From the NCBI GenBank assembly GCA_964187785.1, contig OZ076415.1, positions 41,602,001 through 41,666,000 on the forward strand: 64,000 nt of DNA, in the 5' to 3' direction. The DNA is from Amphiscolops sp. MND2022 (taxonomy: Eukaryota). The notes beneath the pieces are model-generated. The model was given only the letters and a program-made list of their open reading frames with translations, searched no databases and was not told where the DNA came from. Made by a program: the position numbers and the translations under genes. Shown piece after piece: positions 22,366-36,247 of the stretch; the stretch's first letter is position 1; each line of letters begins with the position of its first letter.

Positions 22366-25300
22366 TGTCGCAGCCTGTAGCTTGCGTCGGGTACGTTGTG
22401 CAGCTTTAGAGGCAAATACTTCAACCCGTTTGCAGAAACTTTGCCAAAACTCATTATCTCTTCAAACTTACATAATTTAATCTCGTTTGTGATACTTTAA
22501 CACCAGCAATATCAGAACTCATTTGTTACTTATACTGAATAAACTCCACTACTGATGCTAGATAACGTGTAATCATACATGTAAAATGAGATAAACATTC
22601 AGATTACACATATTGTTATCCCATTCATTTATTCGTCAAATGAATAAATTATACTTACGTTTCATACAACTAGTTTGCATTGGACTCAAACATTCAACCA
22701 AGCTTCCGGTTTTGATTTGCAGCATAATGCAGTACATTTTCGTTCCTTTGGTACAATAATTGTGATTTTTGCAGTATGTCTCAAAAGCACCCGATACTAT
22801 TTTGCTAACTAAGTATAATACATAGGACAGATGACTTATACTGTATGTTACAACCATTTCATTGATGTCTTTTGTTAACGGTACATCTTATGCAGTGACA
22901 AATCAGAAGGCAGTATGTTATGTCATGTATGATGCTATTTACAAATATTATGTCATGTAAAAGCCTATTTATATGAATAATGGGGCGCTATTTCTAGAAA
23001 TTATTTAACAATGATGTAAGGATGATTTGATGAAAAACGACTGTCATGTTGCTAAAAATATGCCCCGATAAGCTGAAGAGTTAGGAAAGCCTCATAAAAA
23101 TTCATACCTCAACAAAACTACTAAACTGTTCAGACCTATTTCCGCACCTCTTTGAGACTAATAACGGACAGTTTATCGAATAACAATATCTGTTTCATCT
23201 AGATAATCTAATGTTATGTATAACTTCTTCAACTTTTTTTTCCAAATCTACTTCATTTCATCTTCCAACTTAATTGAAATTCTTCTCTCGAACAAAAAAT
23301 ATTTCAACCTAACTGAGACAAGTAAGAATAGAAAGAGAAGATCTCGACGACTACAATCACCTTCACTTGAGAGAGACTTGAGAGCGTCAGAAGTAGAAGC
23401 ATCACAAGGTAATGAGACTATTATTGAGACTCTTAAAAGTTTTGATAACGATAGTTCAGTTAGGGACAAAAGTACAATTTTAATTGATCCAACAAAAAAT
23501 GGGATAGTGATGCAAGTATGGACGCAGAGAGTAACAGACAACACGAATAAAGAAATGGCAGAAGTAGAGAAAGACATGGATTGCAGCTAGAAAAGATGTT
23601 GAGAGAACAAAAAAACAAGGACCCAAACAGTTCCAAGTAGAAAAAACAATGGACAAACTACGTCGAGAATAGAAACACCCAAACACATAGACAATGACGA
23701 CGATGAATCAAACGCATCTGATACCGGAAATCAAGAAAAGGGAGTACAGGATAATCCTTTCAGGCCATCAAAAACAAACGAACTCCAATTCAACCTATTT
23801 CCATTCAAAACCTAGACTTAGATGATACCATAATCATAGATAAAGGCCGTACAGGAGAGGATTATCACATGGTGACAGGAGCTACTAATCCATTACATCG
23901 TCAAAGCTCAAACAATACAGCAAAAACACACAACGAAAATCTGATAGCTGAACCACTCAACACTCAGCAAGACCCCGTTAATCAAACAGTTCTAGGTATT
24001 GAGAAATTACCAAAAAACACAACCATCGTTTTTTCACCCGAGAATACACTCATTTTCAACGGGAAATTAGAAAAGACTGAGAAATTTGAATATTTCGAAG
24101 ACCTTTTTCACACGACACTCAAAATGGAACTGACGTTAAACGAGGAAACGAAAATCATTTCGACGCACACCTGTGCGGATTGGCAAACAAGTGAAAACAT
24201 CCAACGATCACCAACCACTACACTTGAAGAACACTATCCTGGTGTTCCGCAGGAAAAACGTTGAGCCAAAATCTAGTGCGTCTGCAAAACATAGATTTCA
24301 TCGCTTAGTGTTTGACCCGGAAGGACAAGAACAACCAGTTGTCCTTGAATAATTACAAGAAAGCGCCGAAAAAGCATTCAGTGAACTTGTATCACAAATG
24401 ATAGAAAGCCTACTATATGCAAAAATGCCATCACACTTGAAACGCTCCATCAATCAAGCCTATTCAGAAAAAAATGGAACGTATGAACAAATTATTTGAC
24501 TTTCCGATTGTGAAATGGAATTAAATGGACTAGAATTGGACAAAAAAGGCATTAAAACGCAAAGGACACCGACGAGAAAACAACCAGAAGACGAACCAAA
24601 CTAGCTGAAAAGTTCCACACGTAAAAAGAAACAACAAACACCGAAAACAGTGCCCAAAAACACATTACACGACTATCAATGTAAACACAGGACACAAAGC
24701 GAACGACTGCACCAAAATGGCAAAACGGCGCAATGTCGTACGAAGAAGGTCCTGATGCTGTCGAATGTACGCACCAATCTGCTACTTCGGTGCAAATATG
24801 AAACACCGCCCCTCCGAAGTGGATGCTAACAGAAACGCAGAAAGAACTCATTGAAAACTATTCCAACAAGCACATCAACCCAGAAGCATCCCAAACACAA
24901 CCTTCATTTTTGAAGGTTTTTTACTTTTTACTAGTACAGCCACGCCTCAACAAACCCGAGGAGAAAGATGATCGACAGCCTGCAACTCCTCATTCAATAA
25001 AAACCGGTACTTTCACACAACATACAGACTTACAGACCTATGACACTCAACGAAAGGATATATGCCACGTGATATAACTTTTGAAAGTTTGATTCGACTT
25101 CGAAACAAAATATAAAGATCAAAATTAGACAGACGCTTGCTGCTGATATTTGCAATTTTGGTTAGTCAAATCGAGTGTCTTTAGCTTTTTGGTAAACTCT
25201 TTGTACCAGAAAAATCAAGCTCTGAAAACAAGATCCTTTCCCAACATTTTACAAAAATGCCCCTAATAAATACAAAATAGAAACTCCTGATAACACTAAT

Positions 25301-28300
25301 AACGAGCCTCCCAAAAATCTGTATGACCCTAAAACACAACAATTACCAAAAAGACAACTGAAACTCTTCCAAAAGACAAAATTGAACCTCCACAAACAAT
25401 TGAGACATCAGAAATATCAACCGAATCTGCATCATCGCAAAAATTGTTCCTCAAAGATAAAGAAATCCAAAATCCTTTTACCATCAACAAAGAAACAGAC
25501 ACTTTTCTGCTGCTTTTGTCAGCAAACCTCAAGCTGAAAAGTGAAAAGAAAACCTCAAGAACAAGATCTCAAAAAAATCAAACTACTAGCACCAGAGGCA
25601 ATCTCCGACATCGGTCGGGCACAGAATTTCCAAACTATGGTAGCCAACGGACAACTAGAGACACCGATTGGAACAGTCTGTCTCACTTCCGAAGTAGCAG
25701 ATTTCATGTTCAAAGAAAAAACATCATTATATTGAAAGTCCTACCCAATCCCCCAATTGGATTTTGTTTTTTGAAACACAACATTGCTATTTTTGATCAT
25801 CGACAAAGAGTACAAACTTTCCCAAATTCGTCATTGCAATTGAAACCCGAGCACAATCTCCAAACACGACAACCAACCTCACTACTCGCAGAAACAACAT
25901 TCACACTGCAACCAGGTGAAATGTTGCTTATTGCAAGAAGAGTGCCACAGCTAATAGATCATGATGCAACTGGCATCGTAACCCCATCTGCACAACTTGG
26001 AGATCGTGATACACTCTTCCTAGTTTCCTCCCTCTGCACAATCAACAACAATGCTGTAAGATACCTAATCTGTAATTTCTCAGAATTACCGTACAAAATT
26101 AAAATTGACACACATTTCGTTGATTTCCTAGTTTCAACACCGAATTAGATGAATTCCATCAAGCCGATTAACCCTTCAAAACTTACAATTATAATGCATC
26201 AACATGCCAAAGACACAGAGGTATACCTCAATGAACTCTTCAAAGTGAATAATAAGACAAAACTGAACTCAACGAAGGAGTCAGAGGACGATTTGTATGA
26301 AATATACAAAAATGCCCCGGATAAGTACATAATAGAAACTCCTGATAACTCTAATAACGAACCACCCAACAATCTGTATGACCCTGAAACACAACAATCA
26401 CCAAAAAAGACAACCGAAACACTTCCAAAAGACAAAATTGAACCTCCACGCACAATTGAGACATCAGAATTATCAATCGAATCTGCATCGACGAAAAAAA
26501 TTACCCCTCAAAGATAACCAGATCCAAAATCATCTTACCATCAACGAAGAAACAAACACTTTTAAGCTGCTTCTGTCAGCGTACCTCACGCTGAAAAGTA
26601 AACGTCATTTGTATTATTTTCCAATGGACTTGGAGAAACTTACACTTGACGGTTTAATCGATACTAGAGCTCTCACAAGCGCAATATGAGAACAAGATCT
26701 CAAAAAATTAAACTACTAGCACCAGAAGCAATCTCCGACACCGGATCGGTACAGAATTTCCAAACAATGGTAACTACCGGACAACTAGAAACACCAATTG
26801 GATCAGTCTGTCTCACTTCCAAAGTATCAGATTTCATGTTCAAAGAAAAAACATCATAGTATTGAAAGTCCTACCCAATCTTCTAATTGGATTTTGCTTT
26901 TTGAAACACAACATTGCTATTTTTGATCATCGACAAAGAGTACAAACTTTCCCAAATTCGTCACTGCAATTGAAACCCGAGCACAATCTCCAAACACGAC
27001 AACCAACCCCACTACTCGCAGAAACAACATTCACACTGCAACCAGGTGAAAAATTGCTTATCGCAAGAAGAGTGCCACAGCTAATAGATCATGATGCAAC
27101 TGGCATCGTACCCCATCTGCACATCTTGGAGATCATGATACACTCTTCCTAGTTTCCTCCCTCTGCACAATCAACAACAATGCAGTAGGATATCTAATCT
27201 GTAATTTTTCAGAATTACCGTACAAAATTGAAACTGACACACATCTCGTTGATTTCCTAGTTTCAACACCGAAATAGATGAATTCCATCAAACCGATTAA
27301 CCCTTCAACACTTACAATTATAATGCATAAACATGCCAAAGACACAGAGGTATATCTCAATGAACTCTTCAAAGTGAATAATGAGACAAAACTGAACTCA
27401 ACGAAGGAGTCAGAGGACGATTTGTATGAAATATACAAAAATGCCCCTGATTAGTACATAATAGAAACTCCTGATAACACTAATAACGAACCTCCCAACA
27501 ATCTGTATGACCCTGAAACACAACAATCACCAAAAAAGACAACTGAAACACTTCCAAAAGACAAAATTGAACCTCCACGCACAATTGAAACATCAGAATT
27601 ATCAATCGAATCTGCATCGACGCAAAAATTACCCCTCAAAGATAACCAGATCCAAACTCATCTTACCATCAACAAAGAAACAGACACTTCTATGCTGCTT
27701 CTGTCAGCGAACCTCACGCTGTATAGTAAACGCCATTTGTATTATTTTCCAATGGACTTTGAGAAACTTACACTTGACGGTTTAATCGATACTAGAGCTC
27801 TCACAAGCGCAATATGAGAACAAGATCTCAAAAAATTAAACTACTAGCACCAGAAGCAATCTCCGACACCGGTCCGGCACAGAATTTCCAAACAATGGTA
27901 ACTACCGGACAACTAGAAACACCAATTGGATCAGTCTGTCTCACTTCCGAAGTATCAGATTTCATGTTCAAAGAAAAAACATCATTATATTGAAAGTCAT
28001 ACCCAATCCTCTAATTGGATTTTGAAACACAACATTGCTATTTTTGATCTCCGACAAGGAGTACAAACTTTCCCAAATTGGTCAATGCAATTGAAACCCG
28101 AGCACAATCTCCAAACACAACAACCAACCCCACTACTCGCAGAAACAACTTTCACACTGCAACCAGGTGAAACGTTGCTTATGGCGAGCAGAGTGCCACA
28201 GCTAATAGATCATGATGCAACTGGCATCGTAACCCCATCTGCACATCTTGGAGATCATGATACACTCTTCCTAGTTTCCTCCCTCTGCACAATCAACAAT

Positions 28301-29689
28301 AATGCAGTAGGATACCGAATCTCTAATTTCTCAAAATTACCGTACAAAATCACAACTGACGCACAATTCGTTGATTTCCTAGTTTCAACACCGAAACAGA
28401 TGAATTTCATCAAACCGATGAACACTTTAACACTTACAATTATAATGCATCAACATACCAAAGACACAGAGGTATATCTCAATGAACTCTTCAAAGTAAA
28501 TAATAAGACAAAACTGAACTCAACGAAGGAGTCAGAGGACGATTTGTTTGAAATATACAAAAATGCCCCTGATAAATACATAATAGAAACTCCTGATAAC
28601 ACTAAGAACGAACCTCCCAACAGTTTGTATGACCCTGAAACACAACAATTACCAAAAAAGACAATTGCAACTCTTCCAAACGACCAACTTGAACCTCCAC
28701 AAACAATTGAGACATCAGAAACCTCAATCGAATCTGCATCAAGGCAAAAATTGCCCCTCAAAGATAATAAAATCCAAAATCGTCTTACCATCAACAAAAA
28801 AACAGACACTTCTATGCTGCTTCTGTCAGCGAACCTCACGCTGAAAAATGAACGTCAAATGTAATAATTTCCAATGGATTTTGAGAAACTCATAGTTGAC
28901 AGCTTAATCGATACTAGAGCTCTCACGAGCGCAATATGAGAACAAGATCTCAAAAAAAATCAAACTACTAGCACCAGAGGCAAACTCCGACACCGGTCGG
29001 GCACACACTTTCCAAACAATGATAGCTAATTGGATTTTGCTTTTTGAAACACAACATTGCTAATTTTGATCTCCGACAAGGAGTACAAACTTTCCAAAAT
29101 TTGTTGATGCAAGTGAAACCCGAGCACAATCTCCAAACACGACAATCAACCCCACTACTTGCAGAAACAACGTACACACTGCAACCAGGTGAAACGTTGC
29201 TTGTCGCACGCAGAGTGCCACAGCTAAAAGATCATGATGCAGCTGTCCATCTGCACATCTTGGACATCATGATACACTCTTCCTATTTTCCTCCCTCTGC
29301 ACAATCAACGATAATGCAATAGGATACCGATTCTGTAATTTCTCAGATTTACCGTACAGAATCACAACTGACACACATTTCGCCCGATTTCCTAGTTTCA
29401 ACACCGAAACAGATGAATTTCATCAAACCGATTAATCTTTCAACAAACGATTAACCCTTCAACATATATAATGCATCAACATACCAAAGACACAGAGGTA
29501 TACCTCAATGAACTCTTCAAAGTGAATAAAAAGACAAAACTGAACAGTATTGGTTTCCGACTCCAGAACAACCAGGCGACGCGACAACATACACAGCAAC
29601 CCTTAAACCAAAATTTGATGAACTAGTAGAACTACAAGCACTAAAAAACTCAACCCAGACGATGATGAGAAATCACGAAAACAGTTCCT
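22366..29689 (+). mobile_element. Copy A of the 5' half of the large Gypsy element (5' LTR 22366-23869, PBS, gag, tandem protease array), truncated by a gap
   Basis: TATAC|TGTCGCAGCC start; LTR ends ..GATTATCACA followed by TGGTGACAGG; gag motifs FNGKLEKTEKFEYFEDLFHT; four ~1.1-kb units anchored at 25280, 26335, 27464 and 28586. Confidence 0.85.
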
Positions 29690-30924
29690 NNNNNNNNNNN
29701 NNNNNNNNNNNNNNNNNNNNNNNNNNNNNNNNNNNNNNNNNNNNNNNNNNNNNNNNNNNNNNNNNNNNNNNNNNNNNNNNNNNNNNNNNNNNNNNNNNNN
29801 NNNNNNNNNNNNNNNNNNNNNNNNNNNNNNNNNNNNNNNNNNNNNNNNNNNNNNNNNNNNNNNNNNNNNNNNNNNNNNNNNNNNNNNNNATAGATATCAA
29901 CTTTATTAAAGACACAAATGATGATTCTGAAAATTTCGATATAAAAATCTGTGAAAAATTCGAAACCTAAACACCCTTTTTTGAACTTGTACCCTTTATT
30001 AAACCGGCTGCGATATATATGTCTCATGCCCCGGTCCAGTTATCTTCCGCATTCCACATCGCTAACTTAGTTTGCAAAGAAGGTACATAAGGTTTTGCGC
30101 CACGCATTCGTTTTGATGGTTATTTATTCGTATCAATGGGTAAAGTGGCAAAGTGTAAATGTACTTCAATTTCAGGAGCAGATAAAACGAAAGTGTCGTA
30201 AAGTCAACATTTCCGACACCATCAGGAGCGAAAACGGGACTGATACAGGAACTAGAAGATAACGCCTACGAAAGAATGTTTTAACATCCAAATGACCCTT
30301 TGATTTAATATTTAATTGGCTGAGATATAGAGTGAGAGATAACGTTTAAAGACCTTCCTGGAGTGCCCAATGCATGTTAATCGTTGCTTCAAACTCGACT
30401 AACGTGGGCACAAACTACGATCTAAGGAATAAGATCGAAACGCACTTCTGTAACTAAGATCTAAAGAACTAAGATCTAAATGTCATTTTTCGTAACTAAG
30501 ATCTAGAGAATTAAAAAAATTCAATTTGCGCTTAACTTTTATTTCACCAATAAGAATACCTGTGTCCTATTGATCATGAAGATTAATTCAATCTTATTTT
30601 TTTACACTACTAGTTGAAATAGAGTCAAATTCATCAGTTTTTTTAGGGAATCGATCGCAGTTAAAAGGAATTAATTGGATGTAATGTGGGAAAATAATGA
30701 AGGAAATTAAGGAACCGAATTGTTTCAGATGTCATCTTCTTGTGTGTCGTGCAAGCATAAATCTTCTTGTTCTTGCAAGCGTAAATCTTCTTTTTCTTTA
30801 GAAATCGCCTTTTGACAGTCCTTACCCTCTTTGCAATATTTTGTTATTCAAATTCACATCATAAATCATAAATCTTGTTCTTTTCAGATCGTTGATTGTG
30901 AAAACCTTCATTCATTCTCACAAG

Positions 30925-33900
30925 ATGAAACGTCGTTCTCTGGAAACGAAAGAAAGCCCTGAAGACTATTTGACGAAAGATCCAGAAAGATTCGAAGTGA
31001 AATTTGTGAACTCCAGAGTGGGATTTGGTCTATTCGCGAAGCAGAGCTTCCAAATTGGAGAATTTTTGCTTTTCTACAGAGGAAGAAAATGCCATGAAAA
31101 TGACGTCAAGGAATTAAATGATTATATGTTTTACATGCCATCTCATAAACTGTACATAGACGGATCCGATCCAGAGGAGGGGGGAATGGCCAGATACATC
31201 AATGATGAAGACCAGAATCCAAATGCTAGAGCTGTGCTCCACCGACTGAAGAATGGAGAGGTGATGATTGCTCTCAAATGTAAAACAACCATTGAAAAAG
31301 GTGACGAAATCAGATACAACTATTCGAACGGAAATTCAAACGCTGATTGTCCTTGGAGAAGCACCCGTTTTAGTGGTAGTATTATTCAGTGTAATATTGT
31401 CCCGTCTCAGAAAAACTTCAACTTGAAGATGTTTTCTCAAACACGTGCCATAAACGAACATCTGAAAGAAACTTCTTGTCAAGCGACAGAACAGGATTCA
31501 AATTATTCTGACGACTTGTACACGTCAGCGTCTGAGGTGACATTGGGATCCTTTGACACAATCGTGGAAACGGACGCAATCGCTGCCAAACAGAAACGAA
31601 AAACACGAAGCAGCTCCTGTCGTGAGGGTTCAAGAAGTGCTGGTAATCATTCTGACGACTTGTACACGTCAGCGTCTGAGGTGACATTGGGATCCTTTGA
31701 CACAATCGTGGAAACGGACGCAATCGCTGCCAAACAGAAACGAAAAACACGAAGCAGCTCCTGTCGTGAGGGTTCAAGAAGTGCTGGTAATCATTCTGAC
31801 GACTTGTACACGTCAGCGTCTGAGGTGACATTGGGATCCTTTGACACAATCGTGGAAACGGACGCAATCGCTGCCAAACAGAAACGAAAAACACGAAGCA
31901 GCTCCTGTCGTGAGGGTTCAAGAAGTGCTGGTAATCATTCTGACGACTTGTACACATCAGCGTCCGATCGCCTAGTCGAAATTGACGAAGTTGAGACTAC
32001 CTCACAGGTGGAGAGTACATCAAAGGTGGAACAAGCCACACAAGTGGAAAGCGAAGATTCAGATCACTCCTGTCAGACGAACTCCGAGACCGATTCACCC
32101 AAGCAAGGGTTTGCAAAATGTAATTCCAACCAAGAGTCTGAAAAAGGTATAGACCAAGAGTCGAATAAAGGTGTGGATGATGGCACTTTCGATCGCCTAG
32201 TGGAATCAGCGTCTTGTGGTTTTTGCAAACAGAGCTTCTCCAGTCAAAAAGATGTAGTTAAACACTTTCTTCTTCAAAAGTGCACCCAACGATTTTTGTA
32301 TATTGACCCTTTCCACATTCCCTGCTTCTGTTGTCTTCGTTGTGGAGCAGTCTTTTTGACATTGAATCTCTTTGTGATTCGTAACCATCTGCGTACAAAC
32401 CACAGTGAGACTCCGGAGTTTTCACACGAAGACGGCCAGGGGAACTTTGGGGAAATGTCCTTTGAGTGCGATGTCATCCGCGAAGTTGTGAATGAGAACG
32501 GATTTGACAGTGTCTCAGACTCAGTTGAAGAACCCTCTTTTAATGAGCAATTGGAAGAACAAGTAGAACCAGTCCAAGGTTCTAGTAACAGTAACCGAGT
32601 TCTCGAAAAAACTACGAAGTCAGAAAAATCACATCCGCGAAAGAGTCCTCATTCAATTAAATGCCAACTGTGTCTTAAAATTCTGCACAACCACCTTTGT
32701 CTTCCGAAGCATTTGCGAAGATTTCACAGTTCATCGAATGAAAAATTCATTAACGCTATCGTCAAAATGCACTACTTTGAACAGAAAAAGAAAGGAACTA
32801 CGAAATGTATTTATATTTGTTTAACTGAAGGTTGTTATAAAGTTTTTCATCGCAAAGATAAACACCAAATTGTAGATCATCAGAAACACATTAAAGCTAT
32901 TCGAAAAGTTACTGATCTTCCCAATTACATCTTGGGCGAAGGTGCTTTGAAAACTCGGGATGAACTGGACCAACAAGTTGAAAATTTGCGCGGATTCAAT
33001 TTCTCCGATTTCTTGAAGAGGTGGAAGGAAGAAAAAGAAATTGACTACGACGAAGGGAAAGGAGCTCGGAGATATGCTGCAGATAGACTCCCAGGATTGC
33101 TGAAGAAAATCAAGATTTTTTTAATAATGACGGATGGTCTCTCTGATGCTACAGTTGTGGCTTCTTTTTTCCTGAAACTCAAAACAGAAATGAAGGTGAA
33201 GGCGGGTCAGTCGCAAGCCCAAATTTGCAGAGAATTAAAAGATTTTATTGAGTTTTGTCGTCTGGGTTGTCCACCGAGTGTCACTGGCTTTTCTCTTAAG
33301 TGTGATCAAACTTTAAGAAGCCTTCAGCGACAAATATCCAAAGCAAACAAAGAGGTCCCATGTCGCATAGCAGCTAACCACGAATTTCTTGAGGGTACAA
33401 TTGCGACCGTTGAAGAGATCGACGAGGTTTTTCGTGTGATTTCCGCCTTCCTGTATAAAACTCTTCACTTCTTCGAGAATCTGGCGCCAGGCTCTTACAT
33501 ATCTTGGGAAGACAAAAAGTACAATGGGATAAAGTACACCAAACTGTACAAACTGCTTCAATGTTGTCTATTGTTCCTCATATGTTGCAGAAATGTAACA
33601 AGAATCAGTAGCGCTCTCTACATCCGGAAGGAATATTTGGAAAACTTGAAATTCAGTTCTAAGAGGAGAGTCTACACGTTCAAATGTATTGATGAAAACA
33701 TCCTTAGGAAACTGAAAAGTGAAAAGAAGGCTGGTATCAGAGAACTCAGAGACCAGTTGACCGCTGAAATAAAGAATACCAACAAGAATGCTCGACGGGA
33801 GGGTATCAAGTGTTTAGCTCTATCAGAAACTGAGCTGTTCTGTTTTGTCCGTTACTTGAGACTGAAGAGAAAGTTCGGAGTGGGTCATCAGAGTTTACTG

Positions 33901-34589
33901 TTTCTGATGCTGGACCAGGAAACTGAAAAGATCAGACGTAATGTAATGGGAAAATGGAATAAATACCTCGAAAGTTTTTTGAAGTTGCCCATTGCTATCA
34001 ATACTAACGCTTGGCGGAAAAATTTATGCACCCTGTTCGCTAAAGAAGTAGGTGATCTGGAATCAGAAAGGTCCCTGGACCGACACATTGGTCATTCCCG
34101 AAAAGTCGCTCAAATTCATTATGAGATCATTCAGAAAGAAACGGATGCGATCATGGTCTCAGAAGCAGTTGACCGAGTGATTAAAGTTTGCCAAGACGGA
34201 ACGCACGATGTCAACTTTTCAGTTGTGAGTTAACTCCCAGTTCCAATTACCTGTAACTTCATCTAACTTGATGCATGCATTTAAGTTCATCTAACTTCGT
34301 TCCCCCTTGAATTCTAACATGAATCAAAGAATAACCCAGTTATAACTTATAATTATAACTTGTAATTATAATTTGTTTTTCCCAGAAAACTGGTGAAGAT
34401 TCAGAGGAAGAAGAAGCTGGAGAACTTGGAAGCGATGACGACATGACAGATTCCTCAGGCGAGGATAAACATAAAACAGATGAAGACAACAGTGAGTTTG
34501 AAGAAGTTTCTTACCCCACCAAGTCGAAGAAGAAGAAAAAGTTGGACCTCAAAGTCACTTGTGATGTACCTTTTGGAGAGAAAACTATG
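30925..34589 (+). CDS. SET (PR-Set7/SET8-like) - multiple zinc fingers - tyrosine recombinase fusion gene 3
   Basis: Uninterrupted ~1100-aa ORF. SET: GFGLFAK..GEFLLFYRG..ARYIND..DEIRYNY. Four C2H2/C2HC-like fingers. YR motifs: VTRISS, NAWRK, GHSRKVAQIHY. In-frame GT-AG splice 34224 to 34386-34589; a further exon from 34715 either stops at 34792 or, after a homopolymer frameshift, continues to TAG 34975. Confidence 0.85.
31507..31962 (+). repeat. Coding tandem repeat, 144 bp (48 aa) x3 identical plus a partial 4th, in gene 3
   Basis: TCTGACGACTTGTACAC at 31507, 31651, 31795 and 31939. Confidence 0.97.
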
Positions 34590-36195
34590 GTAATTTTTTT
34601 CCCTTGCTTCCTTTCGGAATTGGCAAAAAACTTCCTAAAAACTTTTGTTATAGCTAATAACTGGATTTTAGGGCATTACTGAACGCTCTTTAAATTCTGA
34701 TTTGTTTGTTTTAGAATGATAACAATCTTCCAACCGCAGATTTTATACTGAGCTTCCTGAATAATCGACCCCAAAAATTACATTTTTCTAAAGAAGCCAA
34801 TGCCATGTTTGCTGAAGAGTATTCTGAAAGGCTTGCGAAGACAGAGAACGTTAGATCGAATGCCGCGTTTCATCGAGACCTATTGAAAGTACAAAAACTC
34901 CAATATGGAACGGTGTGTTTTGTGTTTAAAACTCTCGATCAATGGAAACTGCTTGGGTTCCCTGTTTGGAACTAGTATGATTCATTCGTCTTTACCTCAC
35001 ATTTATTTGAATTTTCTTTTTTTGTCTGAAAAGGTCATTCATCTTTCACATTGGATAATCAATTGACAAACGTTTTAATTGGCTCTCCTGGTCAAGCTAC
35101 GATTCATTTTTATATTGTGCTACTATTCAAGTTACAATGTTATTTGAAAGCTAAACTTCATTCACTTCAGAAATCAATGATTTCATTCACTATTAGTTTG
35201 ATGGTAACAGGAAACCAAAATTAATTCTTTTTGTGCGACCTTTATGAATGTTTCAATGAATGGGGATTGACTGATCAAAAAAGATTTCATTTCATATTTT
35301 TGCTGTTTCTCATCGTCATTCGTCATCACGTCATTCTTTTACTCTTCGCAACATTCCCCGATGCAGTCGTGTTTTATTGAGATGTTGCTTGAAGCAGATT
35401 GAATGTGTCAAAGTCGTTCGACGACTTTGTTCTGATTGTTTTCTTCATTTGTTATGATATTTTGATTGGTTTTAATTTTTGAAAACTCTAATTTGAAAAT
35501 GAACTTGAACTGATTAGATTACAGAACCGTGATGGTCTTGAGATTCGTACAAAGTTTTCGTTTTTACTGAATGGCATACAAATCAAACATCTCCAAAATA
35601 AAATTCTTCAATCTCCAGAGTCTTTCTCTACCTAGAATTTAGACAGAACTGTAAGTTTTGAGTTGAATCGTCATGAGCCTTGTTGATAAACTTCAGAGTG
35701 TATAGACCGTTTGAAAACGTTCGCGAGAATTCATTAAAAAAATATTCAGATCTAGTCCGCGAGCTTTTTGAAACGGTCTATAAATACATATTAAAGCCGA
35801 AAATACGGTACATCCAAATTGTTGACGTTATATGTATCCGAAGGTAACTTTATAATTTCAAGCCAACTAGCGAAATTGAACACATGAACACAATTAGTGG
35901 ACTTTTCAGGGTGCAAAGGAGGGTCTTACGAAAAAAACCAAAAAAAACTAGTGACTGAAAAATTTGGGCATTTTTCTTATAATGCTGAACAAAAAAGGGG
36001 GAGTACCTCCATGGTCTGAAAAAGGTAAAGCTAATATTAGCTAAAATCATATGACTTTTTCCAACCTGGGCTGGTCGAAAAAAGGGGAGGTACCGCCCAA
36101 GTAGGAAAAAGGAAGTCGAATTTAGGTAAGGCGGACCTTGTTGGCAAGGTCGGAAAAAGGAGAAGCAAGTACCCTTTTTTAGTACGGGACTACAC

Positions 36196-36245
<50 letters not shown>
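36196..36245 (+). repeat. (CTA)16+ microsatellite preceded by imperfect AAAAAGG..GTACC repeats (35985-36180)
   Basis: Seen directly; it sits 14 bp before the start of duplication copy B. Confidence 0.95.

Positions 36246-36247
<2 letters not shown>

Larger units (their letters stand above)
18623..29689 (+). repeat. Copy A of an ~11-kb near-identical duplication (copy B 36260-47310)
   Basis: Collinear with a constant offset of ~17.64 kb (e.g. 21795 vs 39433; 22366 vs 40004) and only scattered SNPs and indels. Copy A is bounded by N gaps on both sides. Confidence 0.95.

Noticed and set aside
3770-34589. DIRS/Ngaro retrotransposon or Polinton/virus origin for the YR genes
   Set aside because: No RT/RNase H is linked to the YR ORFs, introns are present, and I recognised no capsid, packaging ATPase or protein-primed polymerase. 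The RT sequences in the window belong to separate Gypsy and LINE elements.
35701-35782. 17-bp inverted repeat downstream of gene 3 as an element terminus
   Set aside because: It is short, has no counterpart on the other side of gene 3 and no TSD; it could be a small MITE.
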